Assembly (NCBI GenBank): GCA_013791585.1
Contig: VMTK01000018.1
Location: 7,316 to 71,315 of the forward strand
Source: Candidatus Falkowbacteria bacterium
GTDB taxonomy: Bacteria > Patescibacteriota > Patescibacteriia > Patescibacteriales > VMTK01
Length of the DNA stretch: 64,000 nucleotides
Direction of reading: 5' to 3'
The stretch's first letter is position 1, and each line of letters begins with the position of its first letter. Shown one piece after another: positions 1 to 9,225 of this stretch. A program made the position numbers and the translations under genes. Under the pieces are notes generated by a model. It had not been told where the DNA came from. It worked only from the letters and a program-made list of their open reading frames with translations, and did no database searches.

Positions 1-53
1 TCAGCGCCGATGGTACTTGGGCATTAGCCCTGGGAGAGTAGGCCGCCGCCAGA
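1..53 (+). rRNA. rrf: 5S rRNA, 3' portion (partial, starts outside window)
   Basis: CCGATGGTAC..CTGGGAGAGTAGGCCGCCGCCAG resembles the conserved 3' half of bacterial 5S rRNA (GAGAGTAGG..GCCGCCA); exact 3' end approximate. Confidence 0.6.
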
Positions 54-103
54 ACAATGATGTTTTTTTGTTTGCTTAAAAGCGTTAAAAATGATAGAAT
101 TTC

Positions 104-143
104 TTTGTTAGGTTTGTTAGGATGGGTTTTAAAACCCATCCTA
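104..143. repeat. 40-nt palindromic element, copy 1 (core GGATGGGTTTTAAAACCCATCC)
   Basis: Perfect hairpin; reverse-complement copy at 2857-2900; related palindrome inside topA at 45587-45626. Confidence 0.8.
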
Positions 144-159
144 GCTAAATATATTATTT

Positions 160-1134
160 ATGAAAAAAGCCAAGCAAAAAATAGTTACAATCGGGGGCGG
201 CACGGGAAGCTTCACTTTGCTATCCGGATTAAAAGATTATCCGGTTGAATTGTCAGCTATCGTAAGCATGGCTGACGATGGCGGCTCAACCGGAATTTTG
301 CGCGATGAGCTGGGCGTCCTGCCGCCGGGAGATGTTAGGCAATGCTTGGTGGCTTTATCCGAATCAAGCCGGATACTGCGCGAGCTTTTTAATTATCGCT
401 ATGTTGGCGGCGGCTTAAGCGGGCACAGTTTCGGCAATATTTTTATCTCAACCTTGGAGAAAATTTCCGGCAATTTCAATCAGGCGATTAAAGAGGCAGG
501 GAAGATTTTGAGAATAAAAGGCAAAGTTATTCCGGTTACTTTGAGAAACACAAAACTCGCGGCGTTATTAAGCAGCGGCAAGAAAATAATAGGACAGCAC
601 AATATTGACGAATCTGACTTAACGAATTTAAAGCGGCTGCATTTTATTCCCCGCGCGGACGCTAACCCCGAAGCCATTAAGGCGATCATGGAAGCTGATA
701 AAATAATTATTAATCCGGGCAATTTTTTTTGCAGCATAATACCGAATTTTTTAACTCAAGGCCTTGCGGAAGCAATTGTTAAATCAAAAGCAAAAAAAAT
801 TTATGTGTGCAATTTAATGACAAAATTGGGCCACACTGATAATTTTACGGCGGTTGATTTTATTGCCAATATTAATAAATACGCTGGCGGTGATATTATA
901 GAATATGTAATTTACAACACGGAAAGACCGGAAGATCGGTTAATAAAAAAATATTCCCGCAAAGGGGAATATTTTGTTGAGACAGGAGATATTGATAATT
1001 TAAAAAATATTAAATTTATCGGCAAGGAATTATTAAGCCATAAAGATTATAAACAAAAAAAAGGCGATAAAATAAGGAGAACCTTAATACGCCATGACAG
1101 CCGTAAAATAGCTGAAATAATTTTAATGATTTAG
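160..1134 (+). CDS. YvcK/CofD-family (UPF0052) gluconeogenesis-factor-like protein
   Basis: IVTIGGGTGSFTLLSGLK and MADDGGSTGILRDELGVLPPGDVRQCLVAL match the YvcK signature. Confidence 0.85.
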   Translation: MKKAKQKIVTIGGGTGSFTLLSGLKDYPVELSAIVSMADDGGSTGILRDELGVLPPGDVRQCLVALSESSRILRELFNYRYVGGGLSGHSFGNIFISTLEKISGNFNQAIKEAGKILRIKGKVIPVTLRNTKLAALLSSGKKIIGQHNIDESDLTNLKRLHFIPRADANPEAIKAIMEADKIIINPGNFFCSIIPNFLTQGLAEAIVKSKAKKIYVCNLMTKLGHTDNFTAVDFIANINKYAGGDIIEYVIYNTERPEDRLIKKYSRKGEYFVETGDIDNLKNIKFIGKELLSHKDYKQKKGDKIRRTLIRHDSRKIAEIILMI

Positions 1135-1152
1135 GGATGCGTATAAGCTGTT

Positions 1153-1266
1153 TTACATTTGGCCGTATGAAAGCCAAGCCATAGCCATAATCGCGGAAAA
1201 GCAAACAGTAACAATGCCGATGATTACAGCATACGTAATAACATCATAGGGTTTTAATTTTTTCAT
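1153..1266 (-). CDS. possible 37-aa hydrophobic peptide (MKKLKPYDVITYAVIIGIVTVCFSAIMAMAWLSYGQM)
   Basis: Hand translation; below the ORF-track cutoff; one TM-like segment; no clear SD. Confidence 0.2.
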   Translation of the reverse strand: MKKLKPYDVITYAVIIGIVTVCFSAIMAMAWLSYGQM

Positions 1267-1404
1267 AGTTTTTTTTGGTTATTGTTAATTAATAAAAAGC
1301 GTATTTATATTATACATTATTTTCTAGATTTTGGGAAGTTGATGAAATTTGTTTAACATGGTAAGGTAGAGATATAAAATTTTTAAAAATGATAAGGTGA
1401 ATTC

Positions 1405-2760
1405 ATGAAACAAATAGCTGATTTGCATATTCATTCTAAATATTCCCGCGCCTGCTCTCCGCAATTGACTTTGGAAAATATTGATAAAACTTGCAGGATA
1501 AAAGGAATAGATATTATCGCTACTGGTGATTTTACTTATCCGGATTGGTTTTTTGATATAAAAAATGAATTACAGGAACTAAAGGGCTCGAAAGGGCTTT
1601 ATAAGTTAAAATCAGCAGAAGATGATAAGGTGAGATTTTTACTTTCTACTGAGTTGGCTTTAATTTATAAAAAAAATAACAAGTGCCGGCGGATTCATTT
1701 GGTTGTGCATGCGCCGAATATTAAAGCAGTGGAGGAGCTGAATAAATATTTAGATAAAAAATATAATATCCGCTCTGACGGCAGGCCGATTCTTGGCATG
1801 AGCGCCGAAGAGTTAATGAAATTATGCCTGTCTATCCATCCTAAATATTTAATTTATCCGGCGCATCTTTGGACACCATGGTTTGCCGTATTCGGCTCCA
1901 AGTCCGGTTTTGATTCCATGGGAGAATGTTTTGGAAAGTACACGGAAAATATTTATGCTTATGAAACCGGCTTATCTTCTGATCCTGAAATGAATTGGCG
2001 CTTGTCCTCTTTGGACAAATTAACATTGCTTTCCAATTCTGACGCGCACAGTTTGCCGAATATCGGCAGAGAGGCCAATGTTTTTAATTTAAAAGAGATT
2101 AGCTATGATGAGATATATAACGTGATTAAACACAAAAACACAAAAACACAAAAACACAAAAACAATGAAATGCAAGAACACGAGAACACTTGCCTTGCCG
2201 AATTAAGGTCGACGAAAACGATAAAACATAAATTAAATTCTTTTTTGGATTATACTATTGAATTTTATCCGGAAGAAGGAATGTATCATTATGACGGGCA
2301 TCGCGCTTGCGGAATCAGTTTTTGCCCGAAAGAAACCAAAAAACAAAAAGGAATTTGTCCGGTTTGCAAAAAACCGCTTACTGTCGGCGTTATGAACAGA
2401 GTTGAAGAGCTGGCTGATCGCCCGATTGGATTTAAGCCCAAAAACAAGCCTGGGTTTAAAAAGTTGGTTGAGCTGGACAAGATTATCTGCGAAGCTCTTA
2501 ATATCAAATCGCGCGCTTCAAAAGCAGTGCAGGCAGAATATAATAATTTAATAAATTGCCTTGGCAACGAGCTGGATATTTTAATGAATATTGATTTGAA
2601 TAAGATAAAACAAGCGGCGCGGCCGGAAATCGCTGAAGGCATTAAAAGAGTCCGCGCAGGCAAGCTGATTATTGAGCCGGGCTTTGACGGGCAATACGGC
2701 GCGGTTAAAATTTTCAGCGATGAGGAGAAGAGGGATAATAAACAAAAAAGTTTGTTTTGA
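1405..2760 (+). CDS. PHP-domain endonuclease Q-like protein (COG1379-type, PHP + Zn ribbon)
   Basis: DLHIHSKYSRACS PHP start, GDFTYPDW, CPVCKKPLTVGVMNRVEELA zinc ribbon; carries an in-frame CACAAAAA array (HKNTKTQKHKN, 2131-2164). Confidence 0.65.
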   Translation: MKQIADLHIHSKYSRACSPQLTLENIDKTCRIKGIDIIATGDFTYPDWFFDIKNELQELKGSKGLYKLKSAEDDKVRFLLSTELALIYKKNNKCRRIHLVVHAPNIKAVEELNKYLDKKYNIRSDGRPILGMSAEELMKLCLSIHPKYLIYPAHLWTPWFAVFGSKSGFDSMGECFGKYTENIYAYETGLSSDPEMNWRLSSLDKLTLLSNSDAHSLPNIGREANVFNLKEISYDEIYNVIKHKNTKTQKHKNNEMQEHENTCLAELRSTKTIKHKLNSFLDYTIEFYPEEGMYHYDGHRACGISFCPKETKKQKGICPVCKKPLTVGVMNRVEELADRPIGFKPKNKPGFKKLVELDKIICEALNIKSRASKAVQAEYNNLINCLGNELDILMNIDLNKIKQAARPEIAEGIKRVRAGKLIIEPGFDGQYGAVKIFSDEEKRDNKQKSLF

Positions 2761-2856
2761 GGGCAACCCATCTAAAAAAGAAGGCGCTCCGATGGACATC
2801 GGAGCGCCTTCTTCTTTTTAAAAACAAAAATAGGGCTTGCGTGCTTGAAAGATTTT

Positions 2857-2900
2857 TTTGTTAGGATGGGTTTTAAAACCCATCCTAACAAACCTAACAA
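2857..2900. repeat. 40-nt palindromic element, copy 2 (inverted relative to 104-143)
   Basis: Reverse complement equals TTTGTTAGGTTTGTTAGGATGGGTTTTAAAACCCATCCTA of copy 1; the pair brackets the two genes at 160-2760. Confidence 0.8.
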
Positions 2901-2955
2901 AAAAATTCCAGGCAAAGATCTAATATTTTCATGAAACGCGTAAATCCTAAAAACA

Positions 2956-3016
2956 AAAACTCCGCGTTTATTTACCAAGGAATTATTTTCACGGACAAAT
3001 AAACGCGGAGTTTTTT
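2956..3016. terminator. bidirectional hairpin terminator
   Basis: AAAAACTCCGCGTTTATTT ... AAATAAACGCGGAGTTTTT, A/T tracts on both sides, between convergent genes. Confidence 0.7.
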
Positions 3017-3026
3017 ATGGAAATTT

Positions 3027-3200
3027 TTATTTTTTTCTTTTTGCCGCTTTCTTTTTTCTTTTTGGCGCGGCCTTTTTTCTTTTTGCTACTTTCTTTTTTG
3101 GCGCGGCCTTTTTTCTTTTTGCCACTTTCTTTTTTGGCGCGGCCTTTTTTCTTTTTGGCGCGGCTTTTTTCTTTTTTACTGCTTTCTTTTTTGCTGTCAT
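3027..3200 (-). CDS. Lys/Ala-rich histone H1-like basic protein (57 aa from MTAKKK)
   Basis: Repeats KKAAPKRKK/KKVAKRKK; GGAGGTG SD at 3207-3213 supports the internal Met rather than the ORF-track start at 3248. Confidence 0.6.
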   Translation of the reverse strand: MTAKKKAVKKKKAAPKRKKAAPKKKVAKRKKAAPKKKVAKRKKAAPKRKKKAAKRKK

Positions 3201-3555
3201 AATTTTCACCTCCTTTCTTGAAAGCGGATTGCTAAAAAAGCATTCCACAATTTTATTTTATGAAGATTATATTTCTTAATTATATTTTACCATAAATAAA
3301 ATTAATTAACAATAGTTTCTATAAAAAGTTTTAAAATTAAATTTTTATTTTTAGAAATTGCGCACTTTTTTATTTTTATTATCAATAATGCCTTTTTCTG
3401 TCATTCCCGCGAAGCTTGTCCTCGACCTGATCGGGGAGCGGGAATCCAGAGCTACGAGCGCAAATTATAAATTATCAAACAAATCTTTTCAGGCAGTATT
3501 TTGATTTTTAATTTTTAAATAATTTTCAATGATTAAATTTCTAAATTTTCGCCGT

Positions 3556-3626
3556 GCCACAGTCTCCTCGCAAGGGACTGTGGCGGACAAATGATCGTCG
3601 CAGTCCTCTGCGGAGAGACTGCGACG
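3556..3626. repeat. two adjacent GC-rich hairpins (GCCACAGTC..GACTGTGGC and CGTCGCAGTC..GACTGCGACG)
   Basis: The second matches the elements found in-frame in pth (49199-49269) and valS (24504-24533). Confidence 0.75.
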
Positions 3627-3707
3627 AGGCGGGGGCAATAATATTCAAAAATTTAGTATTCAAATGCGTATTTTTCTTTAATATTAGCAAAGTTGAATGT
3701 AATTTGC

Positions 3708-3736
3708 TTGACTTTTTTTTCTTTGTATGTTAAGCT
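3708..3736 (+). promoter_or_regulatory. sigma70-like promoter TTGACT-17-TAAGCT
   Basis: Read directly; sits upstream of an ORF-free structured region. Confidence 0.4.
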
Positions 3737-3742
3737 GATTTA

Positions 3743-3933
3743 TTGGTTAAAAACATTAAAAAAATAAAGCTCAGTTTTAGCGGGCCAGGCACGACAAGCA
3801 TGGGGATTTTTAAGCAAGGTGTAATTTGGTTTTACTACTGAAGTATTCCTTGCAAAAATTTCTTGCCTGTCCCGCTCAAGCCGAGCTTTTAAAATTCCGC
3901 AGGCAACCATCACAAGACCTGCGGAATTTTTTT
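3743..3933 (+). ncRNA. candidate ~190-nt structured sRNA (long irregular hairpin, 6S-like shape; family not identified)
   Basis: 3769-3791 (GCTCAGTTTTAGCGGGCCAGGCA) pairs with 3864-3886 (TGCCTGTCCCGCTCAAGCCGAGC); inner GCAAGG/CCTTGC stem; hairpin + U-tract terminator at 3895-3933. Confidence 0.35.
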
Positions 3934-4220
3934 ATTCTTTTCTGTTTCGCTATAGTTTTCATGAAACGGACTTTGGCAATAACATCACATAAATCGCTAT
4001 TTTCGCCGCCCAGCCATAAATAGTAGGGTTAGTTTATTGGATTTTCAATCTCGCCAAGGCGGGATATATTTGAAAATGTTAATAGCAATATCCCGCTTCA
4101 GCGGGATTTAAAAATTAAAATATAACCCAGTTATTTATGACTGGGCGGCGAAAGCAAAGTTGTCGTTATTAATTCACAGTTTATGTGTAAAACTAATAAA
4201 TATTGGCGATGTTAATTTTT

Positions 4221-6131
4221 TTATTCTTCTGTTTCTTCTTCTGTTTTATTATCCTCGTTATTAGTTCCCGTCGTTTGTTCATCTCCGTTTATTTTTTCTT
4301 CCTCGCTCAATTTTTCCACGCCGATCAAGCAAACTTCCTGCCATGGTATGTAATGCGATGAAATTTTTTCTTCTTTTACTTCTCCGCCAGCGTAAGTGAC
4401 TTTGTAGTCAAAATAAGCGTCGGCTCCGTTGTGCGCGCGCTCGGTGCATTTTTCTTTGCCGACAGGCAAGTCCAATGTTTCTATGTATTTTGTCGGTCCT
4501 GGTTTTACAATATTATATATAGTTGGTTCTGTTTTTTCCACTACGCGACCATCTTTGGTTCCCCAAAAATCAAAATATAAATTATCGCCTTCAATGCGCG
4601 ATTGTATCAGAATATGGCTTCCGGTGTCATTAATAAAGCGCATATCCGGCCAGGGGCTGTAAATAGTCGCGTCGGTTCCAGCCGGCTCATAATATGAAAC
4701 GCGGTAAGAATGGCTTCGCCTTTGGGTAATCGGCAGGCCTGAGGATAGAGCCGCGCGGAAGATTGTCGTGCCGATCTGGCAAAGTCCGCCTCCGTATTCC
4801 GGTATGGTTTTGTTGCCTTTAATTACCAGCTCGGGCAGATACCCGCTTTCCGCGTCTATTTCTCCTAAAGCGCTGTTTATGGAAAATTCTTCATCCGGCT
4901 TTATCAGCGCTCCGTTCAAAGAATCAGCGCCTGTTTTAATATTGTGGCGCCTATTTTGCGGAGAGCCGGAAAAGTTTGATTCGCCTATGCCGATAATTTC
5001 GTTAATGCCGAGACTATTAACATCGTTAGTGTTAACAGAGCTTTTTAAATCTTTTACCACCAATTCAATTTTATTTTCCTTTGTTTCGTCAAAGCTATAA
5101 TTAGTTAATTTATAATTTATTTTCTCAAAACTGTCTTCAATTTTTAATTTAATGCCGTCTCGGCTGGCTTGGAATTCGGCTACGCGGCCGTCTTTTATTT
5201 CAAATTTAGCGTTAATCGGCTCCTGGTCTATGTCCGGAGCTATTTTTTCTTTTAAAAATTGCTCAACTATATTTTTGTTCAGCCCGATATTAACTAAATC
5301 TTGATTTTTTGCTTCGCTCTTTATTTTTAAGCTCAGCCATTGAGCCAGCTGTTCTTTGTCCACTTCCCATTTATTATCTTCAAAAATTAAAGTTATCGGC
5401 GCTAAAGATAAAATATTTTTTGCTTTAGCTTCTATGTTTAAGCAGTCTTTTTTGTAAATTTCAGGATAATCTGTTTCAGTAGACAGCTGTATCGGCGAGC
5501 TGTTTAGTTTTGATAAATTTATTTTTAATAATTCAAGCGCTTTTTCATAGTTTATAATTTTGCCCAATGTTTCTCCGTTAACAAAAAATTGATTATTTTG
5601 TTCTTTTAATATTAATTTAGCGTTTTCGGCCGGAATTTCAAATTCTGAAAAATTTTCTATTAATATTTTTTTAATTTCTTCTTCGTTCATGGAAAATGAC
5701 AAGCTAATTGCGCGCTTGCGGATTAAGCAGTTTATTTTATTGTTAAGATTTGAAAAAAAATCCTTATCGCGGCCGAGATTGTAAGCCTGATCAACGCTTT
5801 TTTCAGAATCAAAATTTATTATCTGGTAGGCGAAGTCGCTTTCCGTGGAAATTATCGTAGGCATAATAGGCGCTTTGTTTTTTTCATAATAAAATGTTAT
5901 GCCCGACCGGTTAATGTTATTTATTTCTTCATTGATTAAAGATTTTGCTTGTTCAACGGTTTTTCCGCCCAGATTGATTTCACCAATCCATACTCCGGGA
6001 TAAATTTTATCTTGATATTTTTTTTCAAAAACAAAATACAAAGAAGCGGTTATCAAACAAGCGATAAAAAAAACGATTGTCGCGTCAAGCAGCCAGCGGG
6101 GGATATTGATTTTAATTTTAATTCTACTCAT
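4221..6131 (-). CDS. VanW/YoaR-family membrane-anchored protein
   Basis: N-terminal TM segment; GGGLCQIGTTIFRAALSSGLPITQRRSHSYRVSYY is VanW-domain-like. Confidence 0.8.
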   Translation of the reverse strand: MSRIKIKINIPRWLLDATIVFFIACLITASLYFVFEKKYQDKIYPGVWIGEINLGGKTVEQAKSLINEEINNINRSGITFYYEKNKAPIMPTIISTESDFAYQIINFDSEKSVDQAYNLGRDKDFFSNLNNKINCLIRKRAISLSFSMNEEEIKKILIENFSEFEIPAENAKLILKEQNNQFFVNGETLGKIINYEKALELLKINLSKLNSSPIQLSTETDYPEIYKKDCLNIEAKAKNILSLAPITLIFEDNKWEVDKEQLAQWLSLKIKSEAKNQDLVNIGLNKNIVEQFLKEKIAPDIDQEPINAKFEIKDGRVAEFQASRDGIKLKIEDSFEKINYKLTNYSFDETKENKIELVVKDLKSSVNTNDVNSLGINEIIGIGESNFSGSPQNRRHNIKTGADSLNGALIKPDEEFSINSALGEIDAESGYLPELVIKGNKTIPEYGGGLCQIGTTIFRAALSSGLPITQRRSHSYRVSYYEPAGTDATIYSPWPDMRFINDTGSHILIQSRIEGDNLYFDFWGTKDGRVVEKTEPTIYNIVKPGPTKYIETLDLPVGKEKCTERAHNGADAYFDYKVTYAGGEVKEEKISSHYIPWQEVCLIGVEKLSEEEKINGDEQTTGTNNEDNKTEEETEE

Positions 6132-6306
6132 AGCTTGTGAGTTGAAAAACGGCTAATTATAATGTCAAGATTTAATTTCTAAATTATAAATTATAATTTC
6201 TAATAAAATTTCAAATGACTAATGCTTAAATAGCTAAAAAATAATTAGGCATTAGAAATTTTAGCATTAGGCATTTATTAGAAATTAGGAATTATAATTT
6301 AGAAAT

Positions 6307-6522
6307 TTAATCGGTATTCAATATCTCATTCAAAATATCCTTGGCTAATTGTTTTTTTTCTTTTTCCGCCTGAAGATTATCAGTGATATTAAAATTCAAA
6401 ACCATGCCTTCGCGCGCTTGTTCCGGCAGATTGTTTTTTGGCCAGATTATAGAAATGCCCTCCTCGGTTTTAAAGACAGCTTTGTCATTTTCAAAGCGGT
6501 CAATTGTTATTTTAATGTTCAT
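6307..6522 (-). CDS. DUF3006-like small protein (71 aa from MNIKITIDRFE)
   Basis: IDRFENDKAVFKTEEG...LPEQAREGMVL pattern; internal Met chosen because the longer ORF overlaps the upstream gene. Confidence 0.5.
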   Translation of the reverse strand: MNIKITIDRFENDKAVFKTEEGISIIWPKNNLPEQAREGMVLNFNITDNLQAEKEKKQLAKDILNEILNTD

Positions 6523-6541
6523 AGGGTTGATTTTTTTATTT

Positions 6542-7378
6542 TTAGGTTGATAATTTTTTTGTTTCCTTATTTTTAAGGAAATTATTTTTAGAAACGATTG
6601 GGCGCTTAATTCTTCTTTCAATTTGTTTTCTGGCAGTGCCGGCAACTTCACCTCCGGCGCGCGCGTCATCTTTTAATCTTGGCACTCCTTTTGAATTTTT
6701 TGTGCGGTGGATTTCGGTTGTTGTTTTTTCGCCGAGCATGGTTAAAATCAGTTCAAAGTCATCCATGTGGTCGCGCAAATTTTCTTTTTTTAATCCTTTT
6801 AACTTTTTATACTCGCCCGGCTTTATTCCGAATGCGGCTTGCGATATTTCAGCGGTAAGTATTTCATAATCGCGGTTAGTTTCCGCTCCGCGTTTTTGCC
6901 ATTCGCCAGTTAGTTCTTCGCGAATAGCGATTCCGCGCATTCTTTTTTCTATCCAGTCTTCAGGATATCCCTTAAGCTTGTATAATAATTTTGTCCGCTT
7001 GGTTGCCAGTTCAGGATCTTCTATTTCTTGTATCCTCTCATAGCCGACTTTAGCCAGCCAGCGCTTCAGCGGCTCTGCTTTTGGCGAGGGGATTGATTGG
7101 ACAATTCTAAACATGCCCTCGGTATTAGCGCAGTCTGTTTCACGCATTTTGCCATCCTCGGCTTGTAATTTCAACTGTTCCCAAAATGGGAACGGTTGGG
7201 ACATTCCCTTGTCCCTATCTTTCATTTTAGCCCAATAAGTTTTAGATTGCGGGCTGTCTGTTAGTATTCCAATAATATCAACAACAGAAAACCACCATTC
7301 TTTTTGAAAAATGGTTCTGCGAATTTTTTTGCCTTTAAACAAGGCAAGGTGGGTATTTTGATTTTGGATATTATTCAT
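6542..7378 (-). CDS. Bro-N/antirepressor-like DNA-binding protein
   Basis: IRRTIFQKEWWFSVVDIIGILTDS N-terminus; C-terminus resembles the DinD-like protein at 28834. Confidence 0.55.
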   Translation of the reverse strand: MNNIQNQNTHLALFKGKKIRRTIFQKEWWFSVVDIIGILTDSPQSKTYWAKMKDRDKGMSQPFPFWEQLKLQAEDGKMRETDCANTEGMFRIVQSIPSPKAEPLKRWLAKVGYERIQEIEDPELATKRTKLLYKLKGYPEDWIEKRMRGIAIREELTGEWQKRGAETNRDYEILTAEISQAAFGIKPGEYKKLKGLKKENLRDHMDDFELILTMLGEKTTTEIHRTKNSKGVPRLKDDARAGGEVAGTARKQIERRIKRPIVSKNNFLKNKETKKLST

Positions 7379-7422
7379 TTATTTGGCTGGGCTTGATTCG
7401 CTCGGGAGCGTTAAGAAAGGAA

Positions 7423-7935
7423 TTATTTATTTGGATTCACGCTTCCCAATAAAACATAGTAAAAAATACGTTTAATTATTTCAAAAGTAATTAATATTAC
7501 AAATAGTCCTGTAAATAAGTATAAAAATGCAATTTCCAAATTACCAACTGATTTATAAAAAGAAATTAACTGATAATTTTTGGTTTTAGGGGCAATTTTT
7601 GATTCGAACATAAGTTGTGAAAATGATATTTTGCCATTGTTTATTATTGTTGGGTCATTAGGGTCGTAAGAACATAATAATTTGAATTTTTTATCGTTAG
7701 ATAATGATATATAACCGTTTGATCCAAGCAATATATTGTTTTCCTCTAAATTAAATTTTCTTTCATTATCACATAAAATATATGATTTATTATTGTCAAA
7801 AGTTTTTATAGGTACAAAGATAAAGTAAACGCCGAATAAAAATATAATTACCGCTGTTAAAAAACAAAAAATATAACAAATTTTTAATAGTCTATACCAC
7901 CATTTTTTATTAAGTGTTTTTATTGTTATTTCCAT
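7423..7935 (-). CDS. hypothetical membrane protein (2 TM)
   Basis: Long ORF with hydrophobic segments near both ends. Confidence 0.5.
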   Translation of the reverse strand: MEITIKTLNKKWWYRLLKICYIFCFLTAVIIFLFGVYFIFVPIKTFDNNKSYILCDNERKFNLEENNILLGSNGYISLSNDKKFKLLCSYDPNDPTIINNGKISFSQLMFESKIAPKTKNYQLISFYKSVGNLEIAFLYLFTGLFVILITFEIIKRIFYYVLLGSVNPNK

Positions 7936-7994
7936 ATGTTTGTGTTTAAAGATAAAAAATAATTTTATTAAATTCGCCTGAGATAGATTTAATT

Positions 7995-8402
7995 TTAAAA
8001 TTTTAATAATGATAATATAAAAAATAAAATATCAATAATAAAAATTATGTATAAAGTTTCTGGCCAGTGAGCGCTACTTTTAGGTTTTGGCGTATCAAAA
8101 TCTTGCCCAAGTTTTTTAATTTTCATTTCTTGCATTACATTAATAAGATAATACATATTTTCACGTGTTTGATCAATGTAAATAGCAAGGCTTACAAGCG
8201 TTATAAATAAAAAAATAGAAAGCGACATACCTGCTAAAATAGAATTTTGAATTATATTTGTTAGAGTAAAAATAAATCCAAAAATTGCCATAGAGATAGA
8301 ACTAACAATAGCAAGTATTTCAAATCTCAAAATCCCCATTTGTTTTAATTGATTATTGCAATCTAAAATAAGTTGGTATTTTATTTTATTTTCATCATTC
8401 AT
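7995..8402 (-). CDS. hypothetical membrane protein
   Basis: Long ORF with several hydrophobic segments. Confidence 0.5.
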   Translation of the reverse strand: MNDENKIKYQLILDCNNQLKQMGILRFEILAIVSSISMAIFGFIFTLTNIIQNSILAGMSLSIFLFITLVSLAIYIDQTRENMYYLINVMQEMKIKKLGQDFDTPKPKSSAHWPETLYIIFIIDILFFILSLLKF

Positions 8403-8481
8403 AAATTTTTTACCGACAGAATCCTCTACTGAGGAGGTATCTATTGTCTGTCGTCTGCTGTCTGTCGTCTGTCGTCTAAAA

Positions 8482-8943
8482 TTACTTCTCTCTCACCTTG
8501 ATAGAAATCTGTTTTGACACTTTGGCTTTTGGCAGGACAATGGTTAAGACTCCGTTTTCCAGCGACGCTTCTATCTCCTGGGCTTTTATTTCAACCGGCA
8601 GGATTATTGACCGCGAGAAGCTGCCCCAATAGCATTCCCGGTATAAATAATCGTCAGCGTCAATATTTTCCTGCGTTTCTCTCTTGCCTCTTATGGTGAG
8701 CATGTCGTTGTTGATGGAGATGTCAATGTCTTCCGGCTTGACTCCGGCAATGGTTGAGGTGACTATCAGCTTGTCGGGAGTTTGGTAGACATCAATAGAC
8801 AGCTGGCCTTCTTCGTAATCATTTTCAAGCCATTCCTCGCCGGCGTTGCTTTCCGCTGAATCATCAATTTCTTCATCATTGCCTCCGCGGCCTGATAATT
8901 TTTTGTCGGAAAATCCCGCTAATTTTTTAAAAAAGTTGCCCAT
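8482..8943 (-). CDS. Hsp20/alpha-crystallin small heat-shock protein
   Basis: SIDVYQTPDKLIVTSTIAGVKPEDIDISINNDMLTIRGKRE ... ASLENGVLTIVLPK. Confidence 0.9.
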   Translation of the reverse strand: MGNFFKKLAGFSDKKLSGRGGNDEEIDDSAESNAGEEWLENDYEEGQLSIDVYQTPDKLIVTSTIAGVKPEDIDISINNDMLTIRGKRETQENIDADDYLYRECYWGSFSRSIILPVEIKAQEIEASLENGVLTIVLPKAKVSKQISIKVREK

Positions 8944-8993
8944 ATTGTTTTTAGTTTTTAAAATTAATTATGCTGTTATTATAAAATTTTTTA

Positions 8994-9027
8994 GAAAATT
9001 AAGCAAGGGATAGCGGTTAATAAAAAA
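8994..9027. repeat. 34-nt direct repeat, left copy (GAAAATTAAGCAAGGGATAGCGGTTAATAAAAAA)
   Basis: 33/34 identical to 18382-18415, same orientation. Confidence 0.8.
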
Positions 9028-9171
9028 TAGTTTTAGGAGCAGCCGCATTTAAAATAAAAAAATCGCTTGAAAATTATTCAGAATTAGGTAAAATGTAAGT
9101 AGTAATATTATGTTTAATGTAAAGGAATTTCAATATTACCATTCGTATGTCCCGCTGTTATGCCTTCGGCA

Positions 9172-9201
9172 GTCCCACTACAAATGGGACACATTCAAAT
9201 A
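9172..9201 (+). promoter_or_regulatory. hairpin-family copy 1: GTCCCA|CTACAAA|TGGGAC + ACAT TCAAATA
   Basis: 6-bp stem, 7-nt loop and tail shared with copies at 12.3 and 14.4 kb; lies in the 5' leader of the 779-aa gene. Confidence 0.6.
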
Positions 9202-9225
9202 GCGGGTTCGCGAAGCGAATAACTT

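Noticed and set aside
57-248. ORFs 57..248 (+) and 2772..2978 (-) sharing LLGLLGWVLKPIL
   Set aside because: The shared peptide is simply the translation of the 40-nt palindromic element. Both ORFs overlap better genes or terminators.
3017-3202. Plus-strand ORF encoding FFFLARPFFF repeats
   Set aside because: It is the antisense reading of the Lys/Ala-rich histone-like gene, which has the SD and a sensible product.
3399-3447. GTCATTCCCGCGAA..GCGGGAAT hairpin and its relatives at 36676-36745 and 47485-47585 (GTCATTGCGAG..GAAGCAATC type)
   Set aside because: These are REP-like intergenic hairpins, which I recall as common in many environmental genomes. They are noted as repeats but not considered novel.
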